Notes under the pieces: model-generated
Told to the model about the DNA's origin: nothing
The model's database searches: none
Seen by the model: only the letters and a program-made list of their open reading frames with translations
Program-made: the position numbers and the translations under genes
Shown here: positions 42,436 through 56,708 of the stretch, one piece after another
Numbering within the stretch: the first letter of the stretch is position 1
Layout: each line of letters starts with the position of its first letter
From: the human T2T-CHM13v2.0 reference genome, Homo sapiens
Direction: 5' to 3' (one strand)
DNA length: 64,000 bases
NCBI RefSeq assembly: GCF_009914755.1
Contig: NC_060938.1

Positions 42436-42600
42436 AGTCATCTATCACTTAATGACAAGGACATGTTCACAAAAATGTGTCAAGCAGTTTCATGTTCATA
42501 AGAACATCACAGAGTACACTTACCCAAACCTAAATCGAGTGCACTTACCCACACCTAGGCAATATGGGATAGCCTACTACTCCTAGGCTACAAACCTAGT
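42436..42600 (+). mobile_element. Tigger3/MER7 fragment
   Basis: 'tagtcatctatcacttaatgac..gaacatcacagagtacacttac..ctcctaggctacaaacct'. Confidence 0.75.
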
Positions 42601-43755
42601 ATACATCTGGCACATCTCAGCCAATAGAGTAGAAACTTCCTTGTGATCACCTGTGTTTCTATAGAACACTTGCAGGTTTTCAGAGCAAATGTGTGTGCGT
42701 GTGTGAGTGTGTGTGTGGTGGGGGAATGGGTGTTTAACCCTTATTTGCTAATATCTGCATAGGCCATTGATTTGCCTCTGAATGTGTATCTCTTGATTGT
42801 ACATCTCCATGCCAACTTTCCCAATCAACAGAATGATATTCTCACCATATTAGAATTCTCTGGAGATGACTTAGGGTGTGAGGTGGAAAATCTTGGGGGT
42901 CTAGACACAGATGGAAAAAGCTTCCAGACCCATGCACCTGTTTCACATAAAGATACCTGCTTTTATCTGTTATATATCTTGAGATATTCCCATGATTTCA
43001 TTTGGAAAAAAAGGTGTTTTATTTCTGTAAAACATTTGCCAACACCTGGGCTAATGCCATTAATTTAGATTTCAGGAAACTGTTGTTGTATATTTGTGAA
43101 TAAAGTCATCAAGATTTTAGGCATTGTTATCATTCAAATACAGTTAAATCAAGTACAACCACTGTCTCTCCTCTTTGATAAACTAGAAAAATTTACCTAG
43201 ACAATATAAATAGAAATTAATACAAATCTTATATCTGTAAAACAGGAAATGAAAGACATTCTTTCATAATTAACAAAACAGGTATCTTTGAGGAGGCTGA
43301 CTGTTAAGGGGATATCCGAAAACATTATATAAATTTCACAAAACCTAAGGAATATTGATTGAAGGCTGTAGAAAATGCTTAAAGGAAACTGTCAATGTAT
43401 TCATCATGAAATATATCTCCTATTATAAACTAGATGAGAGATACTGCGTTGCTTCAACTGCTCTTTTTGTGAGTCTCTCTGTGGAATGAATGATACCATT
43501 TTTATACACGATTAGCAAACTGACAAATATTTTAGATAATTGAAGAATCATATTGAAGTAGTTGGGGCTGGTTCATAATTGGAACACAAAAATGATCCAG
43601 ATTTTCATTTAAGAACAAGTACAAATAAATAGGAGCAAAGCTTTTACATATAATGGTTTAAATGGCCTGATAGAATTTCTAATCACATTTTATTACTATT
43701 TTACTATACATGTATTAAAGGAGACAGCACTAAAATACATTATATCAACAATCAT

Positions 43756-44071
43756 AACTGGTACCGTGGCTCATGCCTGTAATCCCAGCACCTTCGCTGG
43801 CCGAGGCAGGAGGATAACTTGAGCCAAGCAGTTTTGAGACCAGCCTGAGCAACACAGGGACACCCTATTTCTACAAGAAATTTTTAAAAACAGCTGGACA
43901 TGGTGGCACATGCCTGTGATCCCAGCTACTTGGGAAGCTGAGGCAGGACGACTGCTTCAGCTGAGGAGGTGGAGGTTATAGTGAACTGTGATGGCACCAC
44001 TGGACTCCAGCCTGAGTGACACAGTGACACCCTGCCTCAAAAACCAAACCACACCAAAACAAAACAAAAAC
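43756..44071 (+). mobile_element. AluJ
   Basis: Diverged dimer with 'ggaggataacttgagcc'. Confidence 0.9.
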
Positions 44072-44082
44072 CAGAATTGTGA

Positions 44083-44250
44083 TTAATGCATATTTGGCCT
44101 CCCTGTTCAGCATAAATTCCAGTTCCCTTTGTCCCTCTTTAGAAGTGTCTGTTTTTGGCTTCTGACCTGAGGCTATGCTTTCCAGCCTGTCAGAATGGCC
44201 ACCTTGCAGGCTGCAACCCTGTATGAGAAGTAAAGCTCTCCTTTATAAAT
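44083..44250 (+). mobile_element. ERV1 LTR 3' fragment (MER34/MER39-like)
   Basis: 'cagaatggccaccttgcaggctgcaaccctgtatgagaagtaaagctctcc'. Confidence 0.6.
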
Positions 44251-44359
44251 CAAAAAAAATGAATTGTGATAATTCTCATCTCATATTAATGATAAATAAC
44301 TTCGTAAATAACTTTCATAAGCAATGGAAGAATTTTGCTTTAGGAGAATCCATCATTGC

Positions 44360-44600
44360 AAGTCTTTTAAAATTGCTTCATATTTCTCATACTGTCTTGC
44401 TTGAAAAATTAACTCACAGTCCCTGTGCCATGAGGATTGTCAGCAAGACTGACAACATGCTGAAGGACAGCAAACAAAGAATCATGAAAAACAGTAGACT
44501 GTCAAGTTAAAGGGAGCTCATATAGGGATTGATCTTAGCATAAGTTTTATTAATGATCTGGGAAGTGATGCAAATGGAAACTAACTCTTCAAGTAATGTA
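44360..44600 (+). pseudogene. CR1/L3-clade LINE reverse transcriptase fossil
   Basis: 'ISHTVLLEKL..IVSKTDNMLKDSKQRIMKNSRLSS*RE..*GLILA..FINDL' parallels CR1 RT 'VSHxILLEKL..VRWIxNWL..RxQRVVxNG..SSWR..QGSVLG..FINDL'. Confidence 0.7.
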
Positions 44601-46589
44601 TGATTTATTTAATGTTATAAAAACAGAGAAACACATGTAACCCTTGAGAAGTTAAAAAAGTAAGAGAGAAGCACCACACAAGACTGGAATATCAATTGTT
44701 CTTCATATTAAGAACATTGAAATACACTTCTACTATGTTTAAAATAAAATATAAGTAGGCAGTAGTAAGAGATATGGAGATCAACTATAGAAGAGATGAG
44801 TCATGGCCAATTTGGTACGGTTTGGTATCATCTAAATATTAGACGTATACTCAGATAAATATTTTCCTGAGTGACGTGTAGGAAGTAATCTTATTTCCTA
44901 GAAAGACAGTTCCTTCTTAAAAATGTGACCACTTTTTAAAATAATAGTAAACACTTCCAAATAGAGAATAATGGGTGTCAATATTAAAGCTATAAAAACC
45001 TGGGAATATTTAAAAAATTATGACTAGACTTTATTTTCTAATAAAAACATGTAAGATATGTACCAAATACATGAACATATGAAACTCTTTGTACTAGTTC
45101 CTTGTATAATTGACACTTGAAAAACATCATGTCTTGGTAAAAGAGAAAGTAGATAATTTTTTCCAGTGGAAGAAAATGTGGATTTTATCAAAAGTCAGTC
45201 CTATACATAGAAACAAGCCTATCATTTCTATATAACTGTTGAATGATACCAATTTTTAATAAGTACTAAGTTTTTGCCAATTTGTTATGGAAGTATTTGT
45301 TACTATACAATTTATTTAAAATAAATGTTTATTTTACTATCTACCTATTTGTATTAATGAAAACATTTAACCATATAATCTGATTATTAAACAGCACAGA
45401 AATAAGATGGATTGTTCTTCATAATATGTGTTTATAGCATAGTAATCTTGAAATATATTTTGCCATGTTACACATGAATTTTGAGGTTTTCAGGGCAATA
45501 AATGGCCCCTGAATTATACTCAAGGATATGTCTGATCTTTAACATTCTTACTCACCAGTATTTTAGCTTGCATCTAGAAAGCATATCTCATTAAAATGTG
45601 TAAAAGTTATTTTTATACAGATTGTTTTGATTAAGTGATCCCAAATCACTATGAAAAATAGAAACAATTCAATGCATGATGTTTTGGCAGTTGATGTTCA
45701 CATATATACAAAATTATATCCTCATTTCTTGCAATGAAAACAGATTTCAAATAAAGAAAAACAGAAAAGAAACGCTGAAAACTTTCAGGTTATATTATGG
45801 TAGAAAATGTTTATGCATTTCTACTAAAAGTCAGTAAAAAAGTGCACTAGAAGAATGATCAAAAGCCTCTTTCTCCTATTCTCTCCTCTCCTGATTCTGC
45901 TTCATCATTAGCTTTGCTTCTGAAGACCATCTCCCTTTGCTTCTCTTGTGGGAAACATGGGTGCTGTCTCTCTGAAGACTTCTCACTTAAAATTCTAGAC
46001 TCCATTCACTACATCTCAAGTTCAAGAATCCCAGTGAAAAATAATGATTAATTCAGCAGGCGGTTAGAGTCCCTCAAATACTTTCTATTAATTTTATCTT
46101 AAAAGGCTCCAAGGAGTAAACAGTTTTGCCAGACATACTGTAAGATAATCGCTTTCTGAGATCCAACCTATTGAAAGAAACATATAGGTTCGGCTTTGCT
46201 GTCTTAAAAATTCCTTGTGTACATTAGCTCAAGGTCTTTCCAGTGGGAACACAAAGACTGATTAAATCCTCCTCCTCAGTGGTTTGAAGCAAGGTTTGAA
46301 GACAGCTCAATGGCAAACAGAAAGGACAGATTGGTGTATTTTGGGTTTTACTCCTGATTTCAGCACTTATTTGTTGATGAGCTTCACAAAAGTAGTTACT
46401 TTGTTTCCCATCTGTAAAATGTGTATTTTAAATGTTCAGTATTGCTACATGTTCCTCTGAACAAGTAAGATTAGGTGTCTAAATGTTTCTGGCTATTTCT
46501 ATGCTGTGGATGCACTCACTGAAATAAGATATCTGCCAAATACCTGCCTTCATGTTACTTCGCTTTCATCTGGGAAAAAAAAAATATGG

Positions 46590-47490
46590 ACAAAAAAAGT
46601 AAAATGTATAGATTATCAGATGGTGGTAAGTGCCATATGGAAAAAAATGGGGAGTGCTGGGTATGGTTAATGTTAAAAATTGTGTGGTCAGGAAAGGCCT
46701 GATAAATAAGGAGATGTCTGAGAAGAGATTTGAAGGAGGTGAGGGAGATGAAATAGAAAAGGTGCAAATGCCTGGAAGAAGAGCATTCTAGGTAGAGAAA
46801 ATAGCAATTACAAAGTTTCTTAGAGAGGCACAGGCTTGGAATTTTGAAAAAAATAAGGGAAAACATTATGGCTGAGGCAGAGTTAGCAAAAGGGAGAGAG
46901 AGGTATGAGACGGGGTCAGATAGATAACAGGAGGCATATTTAGGATAGCCTTGTTTACTGCTGAAAGAACTTTACTTCTATTCTGAATGCAATAGAATCT
47001 ACTGGATCATTTTGAACAGTGGCAAGGTCTGATTTATGTTTTGAAAAGGATGTCTCTAGTTGCTGTTTTGAGAATAACCTGTGTGGAGGGAAGGGAGAAG
47101 AAGGGATACCACTCAGGAGGCAATTGGGGTAATCCAAGGGAAAGATGGATCAGAATGTTTGCAGTGGAGATGGTGTTATCTGGTTCTGGCAATAGTGTGA
47201 AGACAGAATTTGTTGAAAGTATATCTATCTACGAAAAACTATACAAGTAAAAGTTGACTTAAAGATATTTTACCTGAGTAATTGGAAAACTAAACTGGCC
47301 ATTCATCAAGAAATTGACAACTATGGAAAATGCAATCATTTAGGAGGGAAGGCCACAATTTGAATTTTGAACATACTAAATTTGAGATGTATATTAGACT
47401 TAACAAAGGAGACGTTGAAACAAAAGTTTAATATATGGGTGCTCATTTCAGATGAGAGGTCAAAGTTGAAGACAATATTTGAAAGTCACC
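46590..47490 (-). mobile_element. L2 (antisense)
   Basis: 'gatggtggtaagtgc..gtggtcaggaaaggcct..tgagaagagatttgaagga', 'ttttgaacatactaaatttgagatg'. Confidence 0.8.
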
Positions 47491-47769
47491 AGGAAGCATA
47501 CATGTACATGCACATACATATGCAATGAATACATGCTTATTGATGTTTTTATAGTCAGTATTCATCTGTGTTTGCACACACATTTATCATTACCTATGTT
47601 CCTCTTTTCTTCTTTCATTCTCTTGTTTCCTTCTGGATCACTTTCTTCCTGCCAGCAGAATTCATTTTACTGGGTTTTTGTTTGTTTGTTTTTAAATGCA
47701 AGTTTTCTGGAAAAAATTCTTTCACTTTTTATTTGTCTGGAAATGTATTTATTTCATATATAGTTAAAA

Positions 47770-48225
47770 TTTTTTTAATAGTTTTTGGGGTACAGTTGGT
47801 TTTTGGTTACATGGATAAATTCTTTAGTGGTGATTTCTGAGATTCTGGTACACCTATCACCTGAGCAGTGTACATTGTACCCAGCTTGTAGTCTTTTATC
47901 CCTCACCTGCCTCCCACCCTTCCTCCTGAGTCCCCAGCGTCAATTGTATCATTCTTATGTCTTTGCATCCTTATATCTTAGCTCCCACTTATAAGTGAGA
48001 AAATACAATATTTGGTTTTTCATTCCTCAGTTACTTCACTTAGAATAATGGCCTGCAGCACCATCCAAATTGCCGCAAAGAACATTATTCCATTCCTTTT
48101 TTATGTCTCAGTAGTATTCCGTCGTCTATTTACATTACATTGTCTTTATTTACTAATTGGTTGTTGGGCACTTAGGTTGGTTCCATATTTCTGCAATTGC
48201 AAATTGTGTTGCTATAAGCATGCAG
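47770..48225 (-). mobile_element. L1PB1/2 3' end
   Basis: 'tttttggggtacagttggtttttggttacatggataaattctttagtggtgatttctgagat'. Confidence 0.85.
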
Positions 48226-48425
48226 ATTTTACATACAGTTTTGAAGATTGTTTTTATTATAAACTTTTAGAATGGCAATTATTTTCTTTCTCCACTAAAA
48301 TATGTCATTCCATTAGCTTTTGTCTGCAATTATTTCTATTGAGAAATTTCTTATCCTCACTTCTTTGAAGAGAACATATCCATTTTATTTGTGCTTTAAT
48401 ATATTCTTTTTTCATCACCATCTCT

Positions 48426-48560
48426 ATTTATTTATTTATTTTTAAGTTTTATTTTAAGCTCATGGGTACAAGTGCAGCTTTGTTACATAGGTAAACTTGT
48501 GTTATGGGGGTTTATTGTACAGTTTATTTCATCACCCAAGTATTAAGCCTAGTGCTCATC
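48426..48560 (-). mobile_element. Very short L1PA13-15 3' end
   Basis: 'ttgttacataggtaaacttgtg..ttcatcacccaagtattaagcctag'. 20-bp near-perfect TSD. Confidence 0.85.
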
Positions 48561-49384
48561 CTGCTTTTATATATTCTTTTTGCTTTCGGTTTTCAGCAGT
48601 TTTACTAGGATGCTTATTATAATGGTTTTCTTGGGACTTTTACTGAGCATTTATTCTCAGGACTTTCAGTTTCTTGAATTTACAGATTGATGTTATTCAT
48701 GACTTTTGGAATATTTTCAGATGTTTTTCCTTTATATAATTCTTCTGATCCACTGTCTTTTACCTCTCTTTTTATGTGCATACATATAAAACTTTTACTA
48801 TGTTTTACATGTCTTGTATTGTTTTTCTATATTTTCCATTTTTCCCCTTTTTTACTGCTATTTGAATATTTTCTATTGATCTGATTTCAAATGTACTCCT
48901 TTGCTGTATCCAATTTGCTGTTAATTCCATTTGCTGACTTCCCAATTCCAACCATATTATTTTTAGTTCTAATATGTTCACTTGGCCTTTTAAATAAATT
49001 GGAATTATTTGGTGAAAATGGATGACCAGTGATGTTAGTTCCTAAGTCACAAGGCAGAATTTTGGTGTTAAGAAGGAGAAATACAAGCAAGCATGAAGTT
49101 CTTGCTAGGTCACTGAAGCACCCAGAGTTCTCAAGAACCCTCCTCACTACTTTCTATAATGGGTTAGAGGTCTAGAGAGAGTTGGTTTTCTGATTAGGAG
49201 TTCTGAGCTTTTCTACATAATCCTGAAAAGAAACACTTAGCATATGATGTACTTATCACATGTGTAGCTAACACATGAGTAAATACTTTATAAATGTTAC
49301 TAGTATTAATATTACTGGACTTTGCTGATATTAGCTCCATGCTTTCACTTCTATGTTCTCTGTATCACTGAAATTTGTGTCTTG

Positions 49385-49757
49385 GCTTATTTTCTCCAAG
49401 TTCTGGAGGTCAGAAGTCCAAGATCAAGGGGCCAGCAGATTCATTTTCTGATGAGGGCCATCTTTCTTGCTTGCAAATGGCTGCCTTCTTACTGTATTCT
49501 CAAGTGAGTGGTCTTTCCTGTGTATGGGTAGGGAGACAAAGGAAGAGGAAGGCAGGCAAGGGAGAGAGATAAAGAATATATATACTCTGATGTCTCTCCT
49601 TACAAGCACTCCAATCCTTTCAGATCAGAACCCCATGTTTAGGACTTCATTTAACTTTCATTACTTCCTTAGAGGCCCCATGTCCAAATATAGCCACAGT
49701 GGTGGTTAGGGCTTCGACATATGTATTTTGGGGAGACACTGAATTTGTCCATAAAAC
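49385..49757 (-). mobile_element. MLT1A-like MaLR LTR
   Basis: 'gttctggaggtcagaagtccaagatcaagg', 'ccaaatatagccaca..gttagggcttcgacatatg'. Confidence 0.8.
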
Positions 49758-50669
49758 TGCCTAAAACAATTTTCAAAAACAATACAAATACATGAGTCAA
49801 TGCTTTTCAAGACAATGGACATCACAGCAAAGAACCATGATCTCTAAAAAAAGGAAAACAGGTAGATGAGCCCTACAATATCCCCAGTTTACTACCTAGA
49901 GAGAGATACTAGATTGTGGCACTGAGTAAAAAAGCAAGATGGAGTCTGCTACTCTACATGAGCACAAAAAACAGAACTGGCGGTCTAAGAAGGCCAAGAT
50001 GGCCAGAGTTTGCAGGGCAGAGTATCAGTGATGACAGAGTTACACAGAGAGAGAACTCCAAAGATGCAACTATCTCATGAGTATTCTGTTGAGCACTAAT
50101 CAGGATGTGGATGAGGAAACTAACAAACCTGGAATAGAGTTCAGAAAGGATTAGAAGGAAGAAAATCCCCAGAGCTCACACTTGGCTAGAAATAGTTCAT
50201 TTTCTCACAAATCATAGTGGAAAACTTCAAAATTGATAGGATATTTAGTAGCATGTTCAATAGTGGAGAAAAATTAAGCCTCAAATAAATGTTGCTATGG
50301 TCCCACCCAACAAAGTTTAAGACCAAGATCCCAAAAGATTATACTGTTTTCAACTAATTTAAAATATCTCAGGATAAGAATAAAACATACTTAAAGAAAT
50401 ACAAAAAAAAAATACCCATCACCTAACAAAGCAACATTTACAATGTCTAGCATTCAATAAAGTTACAGGCAGCCCCCCTCCCCCCAAAAAAGGAAAATTA
50501 TGACCCCTCACATGGAGAAAATTTAGTCAATTAAAATCAATTAACAATGATAAAATTAGTAGCATACGTCATTAAAATAGTTCATATACTTGCATTCCAT
50601 ATGTTTAAGAAATTTGGGGAATGATTTGAACCTGTTAAGTAGAGAAAAGGGAGACTTAAAAGCCACCCG

Positions 50670-50954
50670 AGCAAGGCGCAGTGGCTTACGCCTGTAATCC
50701 CAGCACTTTGGGAGGCCTAGACAGGAGGATCACTTGAGCCCAGGAGTTCAGTGCCAGCCTGAGCAACATGGTGAGACTCCATCTCTATAAAAAATTTAAA
50801 AATGAGCCAGGCCCGGTGGGTGTGCTACTTGGGAGGCTGAGGGGGAAACATTGCTTGAACCCAGGAGGTTGTGGTTATAGTGAGCTGTTTGCCACTGCAC
50901 TACAACCTGGGCCACAGAGCGAGACTCTGTCCCTAAATTAAATAAATAAATAAA
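50670..50954 (+). mobile_element. AluJ
   Basis: 'ggaggatcacttgagcccaggagttc', with (AAAT)n tail. Confidence 0.9.
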
Positions 50955-51115
50955 TGCAACCCAAACTGAACTTTTAAAGATAAAAACTACAATGGGAGAA
51001 GTAAAATATATGCTGGACATATAAGTGGTAAATTAGACATCGTAGAAGTAAACGTTAATAAAATTGAAAACGACAACAAGACCAATATAAAATGAAACAG
51101 AGAAAGGGGACTTTT

Positions 51116-51300
51116 AAAAAATTAGCTGGGCAAGGTGTGGTGGCATGTCCCTGTAGTCCCAGGTATTCAGGGGGCTAAGATGCGAGGATTGCTTCAGACC
51201 AGAAGTTCCAGGTTGCAGTGAGCTAGGACTGCACCACTGCACTCTGTCCTCCAGCTTGGGAAACGGAGCCAGACTCTATCTCTTTTAAAAAACAGAAACA
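51116..51300 (+). mobile_element. Alu right monomer (FRAM/AluJ)
   Basis: Starts at 'aaaaattagctgggc'. Right arm only. Confidence 0.8.
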
Positions 51301-53218
51301 GATGCAAAAACAAAAAGAACATAGCAAGAACAGAGCATCAGAGAGTGCTGTGGAACAAACTGAAAACAGTGTTTCATAGTTAAGCTCTGAGAGATGGTGC
51401 TTTGAGGAAGGGGGCTGGTATGAAATTTATTAAGTAAAAAAAAAAAAAAAATCGCGAATAGTCCATAGTCTATACAAGGCGTAGCACATTTGCCGATGGT
51501 GCAGTTGAGTTATGGACAACAAGCACAAGTTCACTCGCATGTGGTTTTTCTGTTGGTTTCTGTAGTTACTCTATTTGTGTTGTTCTTGCTTCTGGCATGC
51601 TGACAATACTTCTAATTTCTCATACCTTTTGAATTTAGGGTTCTGTATATACTCATTTCCATTTTGCTTAGAATTTTTCTTAATATTGTGAAATCCTTAG
51701 AATAGTGTTTGGCACATGCTTAAATATTTGATGAATACTATTTTATTTCTTTAGTACCATCCTCCAGAAAATAATCAAGTTGTTAGGTATATTGCATTCC
51801 AACACGACCATTTACAACAAATGACTAGAACTGGTGTTTTATTATATCTAATTCAAGGGCAAATATGTGTTTGGCAGACTTCTGCTCTGGGACATAGTCA
51901 TAGCTAATGGAACTGTTTCAATTGGTGCAGGATGCTTCTTCATTTTTGGCAAATCGTCTTAATGGGCTTGGGATGTAGTCAGATGTCAGGGAAGAAGTTA
52001 ACCAGAAGTTAGTATGTATACTAGAAGGTAACATGTATTGGTTGGTGAAGATGTGCTGGAGTTATATTCCTGAAGAAGTTTGCTTTATTTGCTTGTGGGC
52101 TGGAGTGAGGAAGCAGGATAAATATGTTTTTCTGTGTGCTTGAATAAGAGAGGTTATTTTTGTAATGAGTGGTTTTCATTATTGATTTTTACTTTTGAGA
52201 GTTACTTGAAGGATTTGAGCAGCTGAGGGGAGATGCAGGAAAAATTACTTTCATGAGAAACTTTTTCAAACTTTGGGCCTAAGTACTGTTGATTTGAGGA
52301 ACGGATGAATAATTTTAGCTCAGAGTTGTGAAGACAGCCATTCTCTCTGTTTACACTCAGAACCCGGCACTGCACAGAGAGTGGGAATATTGGAGTATCA
52401 GGGAGAATATGCTGGACAAGCACATTGCTTGTCTCTTAAGAAATTCCACTGCCAGGTGGAAATAGCACATCCCTTTCAAGTGATTGAAGGGACACTGGGC
52501 AGGTGTAGCTGGAGTAGCAACAAAGGAAGACCCTGTGTTGCAAATATAGAGGGCACACTACATTGTAAGAACAAGTGACACTCTTTTGTGAACCCTCAGT
52601 AATAACTTGGGAGCATTCTGTTTTGCTGAGAAGTTTGAGATGCAGCAATTATGAGGAGGGAACACAAGCTTCTGTAATATGAAAACGTGACTTTATATTT
52701 ATTTAGATTGGTGAGGCCTGAACATGTGGGCTACTCATAATTTGCACAGCACAGTAAAAAAAAAGAACTAGGTTCAACCAGCACATCCTGATTCTTGATG
52801 TGTATGATCAATATATAACCTTTATAAAATATGGATTATCATTGAGAGTACAAACAATTGTAGCCCAATGATCTGCCAATTGCATTTTGCTAAAGGCATT
52901 TATGCTTGAAGAAAACTTGATTAATATCAATATTAACAAAACAACTGAATAAAGAACAAAATAATATTGAAAATCTATCTGATAGTGTACGTCATCCTAA
53001 ATACAGCCCACTGACATGTTATATACATGAATGTCCACAGAGGAGAAAATGGCACAACTGGCTGCAGTTGAGATCTCAGCCCTAAAATTACATTGCTCTC
53101 ATGTACACAAATGCTAAGGATTTTTTTTAAAGGTAAAACATTATAGATTTTGAAGAAAGTAAAATTTGTGGAAATGATGACTTTGCAAAATGAGAAATGC
53201 TATCTTAACTGTAGATTA

Positions 53219-53633
<415 letters not shown>

Positions 53634-56062
53634 TTAACTAAATTCCCACAGCAATAAGAAAATCGAGTTATTCAACAATTTAAGATTTCTTACTGATATA
53701 AATGTTGCACTGAACATTTCAAGTGCTTTCTAAATGTTGTAACCTCTGAGGGCAAAGGATATGGGTTGTAGTGTCAGTTTTCTTTCATACACAGATTTAC
53801 TTAAAATTATAGTTCACCACTGTCTGTGCCTCTCACAGCAGCTCTTGCACTTAGCATGCTTCCCAATCTAACAGGCAGTTTTTTAAGTGAGTTTTAAAAA
53901 ACACTGGATAGCAAACACATTTCCTTGACAGGATTTGACCTCTTATTATTTGAGGTTAGTCCCTGTTGCTTTCCCAAGTGGCTCATTTAAGTAGTCAATT
54001 TGTACTTTCCCCTACCTTTCAGATAAATATACAAGGGCCAGCAGCACATTTAAGAATCCACATTTTTTTGTGTGTGATTTTTTTTTTATCCCATAAGATA
54101 AAAAGATGGCAGTAACGGAGCAATAAATAGGCCCGGTAATCTAAAAATATATAAGATTTAATGTGACTTTTTAAAGGCAGAATTTCCTGAAGAGAGATAG
54201 CTTATAAAATTATTTGCTACATTTCAATTTAAACTGGGGAAATAACACAGTATTAATTGTGGTCCACAGTATTTGTAAGCATATAAGGGAGTGTAGATTT
54301 TAGATTTTTTTGGCCACAGATTAGTAGCAATTGATTAAAAGCATAGCCTAAGAAGTGTTGAATATGTGTGTCTTATCCTGGAAACAAATGTCACTTGAAT
54401 ATATTCAAAACACAAACTATTTAATAATATATTTAGAAGGTAATAATAGTAAATATGTAAATTTAGTTCATTAACATTTACCCATAAATTTATAGAAAAC
54501 TAATTTCATGACTAGTATGAATAAACTCTCGCATCTTCTGAAAGAAATTCAGTAAAGTTGAGGAACACAAAATCAACATACAAAAAAAGTTGTATTTATA
54601 CATGCCAACAGTTTACAATCTGAAAACAAAACCGAGAAAGTAATCCCATTTACACTAGCTGAAAATAAAATGAAATTCCTAAAAATAAACTTTTCCAAAG
54701 AAGGGAAAGATCTCTACAATGAAAACTCTAAAATACTCATGAAAGAAATGGAAGAGACCAAATGGTAAGACATTCTATGTTCATGAACTGAAAGAATTAA
54801 TATTGTTAAAATATGCACACTATCTGAAAAAAAGGTACACACTGTTCAAAAAGTTCTACAGATTCATTGCAGTCCCAACAAAATAACAATGAAATTCATC
54901 ACAGAAATGGAAAAAGTAATCATAAAATTTATGTGGAACCACAAAAGAGACAGAATAGCCAAAGTAATCCTGAGCAAAAAAACCGGAGGCATCACATTAC
55001 CTGACTTCAAATTATACTACAAAGTTATAGTAACACAAACAGCATGGTATAGGCATCAAAGCAGACACATAGACCTATGGAGCAGAATAGAGAACTCAGA
55101 AATAAATCCATCCATCTCCAGTGAACTCATTTTTGACAAAGGCACCAAGAACATGCCAAAAGACAGTCTTTTCAATAAAGAGTGCTGGGAAAACTGGATT
55201 TCCATATGCAGAAGAATGAAACTAGACTCCTATCTCTCACCATATACAAAAATCCAACGAAAATGGATTAAAAACTGAAATCTAAGAGTTTAAACTATGA
55301 AATAACTGAAAGAAATAATTGCGGAAACTCTCCAGAACATTGGGCTGGGCAAAGTATTTCTTAAGTAGGACCTCAAAAACAGGGAACCAAAGCAAAAATG
55401 GTAAAATGGGATCACATCAAGTTAAAAAGTTTCTGCTTTTTGGCAAATACAACAATCAACAAAAGAATGAGACAACTTACAGAATGGGAGGAAATATTTG
55501 CAAACTACCCATCTGACAAGAGATTAATGACCACAATATATAAGAAGCTCAAACAACTCAATAAGGAAGAAAAACCCAAATAATCCACTTTATAAATGGG
55601 CAAAATATCTGAATAGATATTTCTCAAAATAAGACATATAAATGGCTAACAAGTATGTAAAAAAATACTCAACATTACTAGTCATCAGAGAAATTCAAAT
55701 AAAAACTACAATGAGGTACCATCTCACCCCAGTTAAAACGGCTTTTATCCAAAAGATAAGCAATAACAAATGCTGGTGAGGATGTGGAGAAAAGGGAACC
55801 CTCATACACTGTTGGTGGGAATGTAAATTAGTATAACCACTATGGAGAACAGCATGGCGCTTCCTCAGTGAACTAAAAATAGAACTACCATTTGATCCAG
55901 TTATCCCACTTCTGGGTATATAGCCAAAATAAAGAAAATCAGTATATTGAATATATATCTGCACTTCCATGTGTATTGCAGCACTATTTACAATAGTCAA
56001 GATATGAAAGCAACCTAAGTGTCCAATAACAGATGAATGAATCCAAAAAAATCTGGTAGACA

Positions 56063-56310
56063 CATGTTCTCACTTATAAGTGGGAGTTAAACTTTGGGTA
56101 CTCAGAGACATAAAGACAGCAACAATAGAAACTAGAGACTACTAGATGGGGGAGGAAGGAAAAGGGGCAAGGGTTGAAAAATCAGCTATTGAGTACTATG
56201 CTCAGTACTTGGGTGATGGTACTCATTCATTCTCAAACTTCAGTATCATGCAATATACCCAGGTAACAAACCTGCAAATGTAAACCCTGAATCTAAAATA
56301 AAAATTGAAG
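56063..56310 (+). mobile_element. Nested L1PA16/17-like 3' end
   Basis: 'agggttgaaaaatcagctattgagtactatgctcagtacttgggtga..ccctgaatctaaaataaaa'. Confidence 0.8.
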
Positions 56311-56708
56311 AAAAATATGGTACATAGACACAGTGAAATATTACTTGGCCATAAAAGAATGAAATCCTGTCATTTGCAACAACATAGATGGAACTGGAGG
56401 ACATTATTCTAAGTGAAGTAACTCAGGAATGGAAAACCAAATACTGTCATGTTCTCACTTATAAGTGGGAGCTAAGCTATGAGGATGCAAAAACATACAG
56501 AATGATATAATGGACTGTAGGGACTCAGTTGAGGGGAGGTTGAGAAAGGGGTGAGGTATAAAAGACAACATATTGGGTACAGTGTACGCTACTCAGGTGA
56601 CAGGCGCACTAAAATCACAGAATTCACTACTAAAAAACTCATCCATGTGACCAAAATCACCTGTGCCACCGAAAATACTAATAATAAAAAAAGAAAAAAG
56701 AAAAAAAC
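56311..56708 (+). mobile_element. Nested L1PB 3' end
   Basis: 'gctatgaggatgcaaa..tattgggtacagtgtacgctactcaggtga..ctaaaatcacagaattcactacta'. Confidence 0.8.

Larger units (their letters stand above)
49790..51360 (+). mobile_element. Old L1M 5'/ORF1 region
   Basis: A-rich sense L1M phrases such as 'gataaaaactacaatg..aattagacatcgtagaag'. Confidence 0.55.

Noticed and set aside
51850-52130. Possible RTE/L4 LINE remnant on the minus strand
   Set aside because: Only a weak frameshifted resemblance ('SR.LPKHIFALEL'). Insufficient without an HMM search.
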